From contig NC_068999.1 in assembly GCF_001194135.2 (NCBI RefSeq), positions 51,399,038-51,437,297 of the forward strand: a stretch of DNA of 38,260 bases, given 5' to 3'. The DNA comes from Octopus bimaculoides. Lineage: Eukaryota. Positions 36,438 to 38,260 of the stretch are shown one piece after another; within the stretch, counting starts at the first letter, position 1, and every line of letters begins with the position of its first letter. A program made the translations under genes and the position numbers. The notes under the pieces were generated by a model. The model had not been told where the DNA came from and did not search any database. It worked only from the letters and a program-made list of their open reading frames with translations.

Positions 36438-36449
36438 GTAGTATACGAT

Positions 36450-36957
36450 TATTAGAAATGTACTGGAAAATATCTGAGGAAATTATGATGTGGCACTTTA
36501 ACAGCCAAACAAAGCGGGTCGTCGAACACAATGACGACCTTCTATTGTGCTGGTCGATAAAAACAAATGAATACCTTATAATCGACAATATTGATAATGT
36601 TGGTCGGAGCAAAAATCGCACAAAAAGGAAATGGAAGTAATGATAAAAATGTCAGAACTAAGGTAAGATCTCTTAAGAATATAGAATGAAGAAAGACAAA
36701 TGTGATAAAAATATTAGCCGGAACTGTAACCTCAATTTCCATTTCTATAAAAGCTTCCATCCTACTTGAAACGGCTTCAAACAAGAAAAATCAAGCATCA
36801 ACAACGTAACAAGCAGCATCATTGTTCGGAGCTGCTAATATCCTAAGGAAAGTAACTTCGTCTCTGAAGATCTGATCAATTTTCCACTTGTCAACACCTG
36901 CACTCTGTGTAAATATGACCAAATCAATACTGACAGCAATTATTATTATTATTATTA

Positions 36958-37000
<43 letters not shown>
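36450..37000 (+). pseudogene. 3' fragment of a restriction-like-endonuclease (RLE) non-LTR retrotransposon (R2/R4/NeSL type) with (ATT)n tail
   Basis: YWKIS..QTKRVVEHNDDLLL-W..KTNEYLIID, KTNVIKILAGTV and terminal QAASLFGAANILRKV* match the RLE C-terminus pattern (HW.IC..PE.V.END..KILWD..LIID..V.IGALG.V..QK.ALLGTA.ILRKV); short 3' UTR then (ATT)n. Confidence 0.8.
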
Positions 37001-37060
37001 CATCATCATCGTTCTTGTCGTTGTTGTTGCTGCTGCTGTTGTTGTTGTTATCATTTACTG

Positions 37061-37292
37061 AGGCGGCGAACTGGCTTAATCGTTAGCGCGCCTGACAAAA
37101 TACTTAGCCGTATTTCGCCTGTCGCTACGTTGTGAGTTCAAATTCCACCAAGGTTGACTTTGCCTTTCATCCTTTAGAGATCGATAGATTGGGCACCAGT
37201 GCAACACTGGGGTCGATGTAATCGCCTAGTCCCCTCCCCACAGATCTGAGGCCTTGTGCCTCCAGTAGAAAGGATTATTATCATTATTATTA
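37061..37292 (+). mobile_element. SINE family B, full length
   Basis: AGGCGGCGAACTGGCTTAATCGTTAGC (A-box region), GAGTTCAAATTCC (B-box), GTTGACTTTGCCTTTCATCCTTT, ...GCCTTGTGCCTCCAGTAGAAAGG and (ATT)n tail. Confidence 0.93.
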
Positions 37293-37750
37293 CTAGCTGA
37301 ATTACCCTGCGTTGTCGGGTTACTGTTGTTCTTATTCAGATTAGTAAACAATAAATATGTATATATATTTTTTTCTCATGATTATTTCAAAATAGCTATT
37401 TTATTTAGAAGTATCCAAATTGTAATGATTATAGAATTTAGAACTGAAAATCTGTGGATCTTGAAGCACCTCAGGCTAAACAATATTTATTGTGTAATTT
37501 CTTGTTGGTGTCCAAATGAATAAATTGTTGTTGCTTCCAATTCGTGAGCAACCAACATAGAGTTGGCCGTAGGACAAGCTTGTAGTAGAGAGATGAAGGC
37601 CAACTACCTTGAGGAATTGACTCTGAGATTTATTAATTGAAATACCAAAACTTAGTTTGACTAGAAACTGAAGTCTCTTAAATTCAAATGGAACATCTGT
37701 AGGTATGAGAGGAATTTTTGAAATAAAGACATTTTCTTCTTTGTGACTAC
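37293..37750 (-). mobile_element. Helitron 3' terminal fragment with end of the RepHel (PIF1-like helicase) ORF
   Basis: Minus strand encodes EENVFISKIPLIPTDVPFEFKRLQFLVKLSFGISINKSQSQFLKVVGLHLSTTSLSYGQLYVGCSRIG (PIF1 motifs V-VI), stop at 37476, then hairpin ACCCGACAACGCAGGGT (37304-37320) and terminal CTAG followed by T. Confidence 0.93.
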
Positions 37751-37811
37751 CTGAACTCTGAACCCTACGGTTGAGAAGCAAGCTTTTTACCACACAGTCA
37801 CGTCACCGTCT

Positions 37812-37812
<1 letters not shown>
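37750..37812 (-). mobile_element. SINE family A, head fragment at the truncated edge of the Helitron
   Basis: TGAACCCTACGGTTGAGAAGCAAGCTTTTTACCACACAGTCAC is the reverse complement of the family A head. Confidence 0.7.

Positions 37813-38260
<448 letters not shown>

Noticed and set aside
37476-37793. Possible host PIF1 helicase gene
   Set aside because: Only the C-terminal motifs are present, degenerate (SQSQ in place of SQGQ), and followed by a Helitron hairpin and CTAG end; the ORF's N-terminus comes from a SINE.

Overview
This is AT-rich eukaryotic (animal) genomic DNA from a draft assembly with about 20 N-gaps. It is not a prokaryotic or viral locus. Microsatellite density and the SINE families point to a coleoid cephalopod, most likely Octopus (inference from remembered repeat consensus sequences, not from a search). 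The window is intergenic or intronic. It holds two tRNA-derived SINE families (about 20 copies or fragments) and decayed coding fragments of a Tc1/maT-like transposase, a mariner transposase, an RTE-clade LINE, restriction-endonuclease-type (R4/Dong-like) LINEs and a Helitron 3' end. It also holds many di-, tri- and tetranucleotide microsatellites. Almost all ORFs in the supplied track are artefacts of microsatellites or N-runs. No intact host gene can be recognised; a few splice-signal-flanked minus-strand segments are listed as low-confidence exon candidates. There are no rRNA genes, CRISPR arrays or operons, and I cannot support a new multi-gene system here. The most unusual object is a ~220 bp inverted-repeat-bounded, MITE-like element carrying a tRNA-like Pol III cassette (21425-21647). 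Many repeat boundaries are approximate (+/- 10-20 bp).
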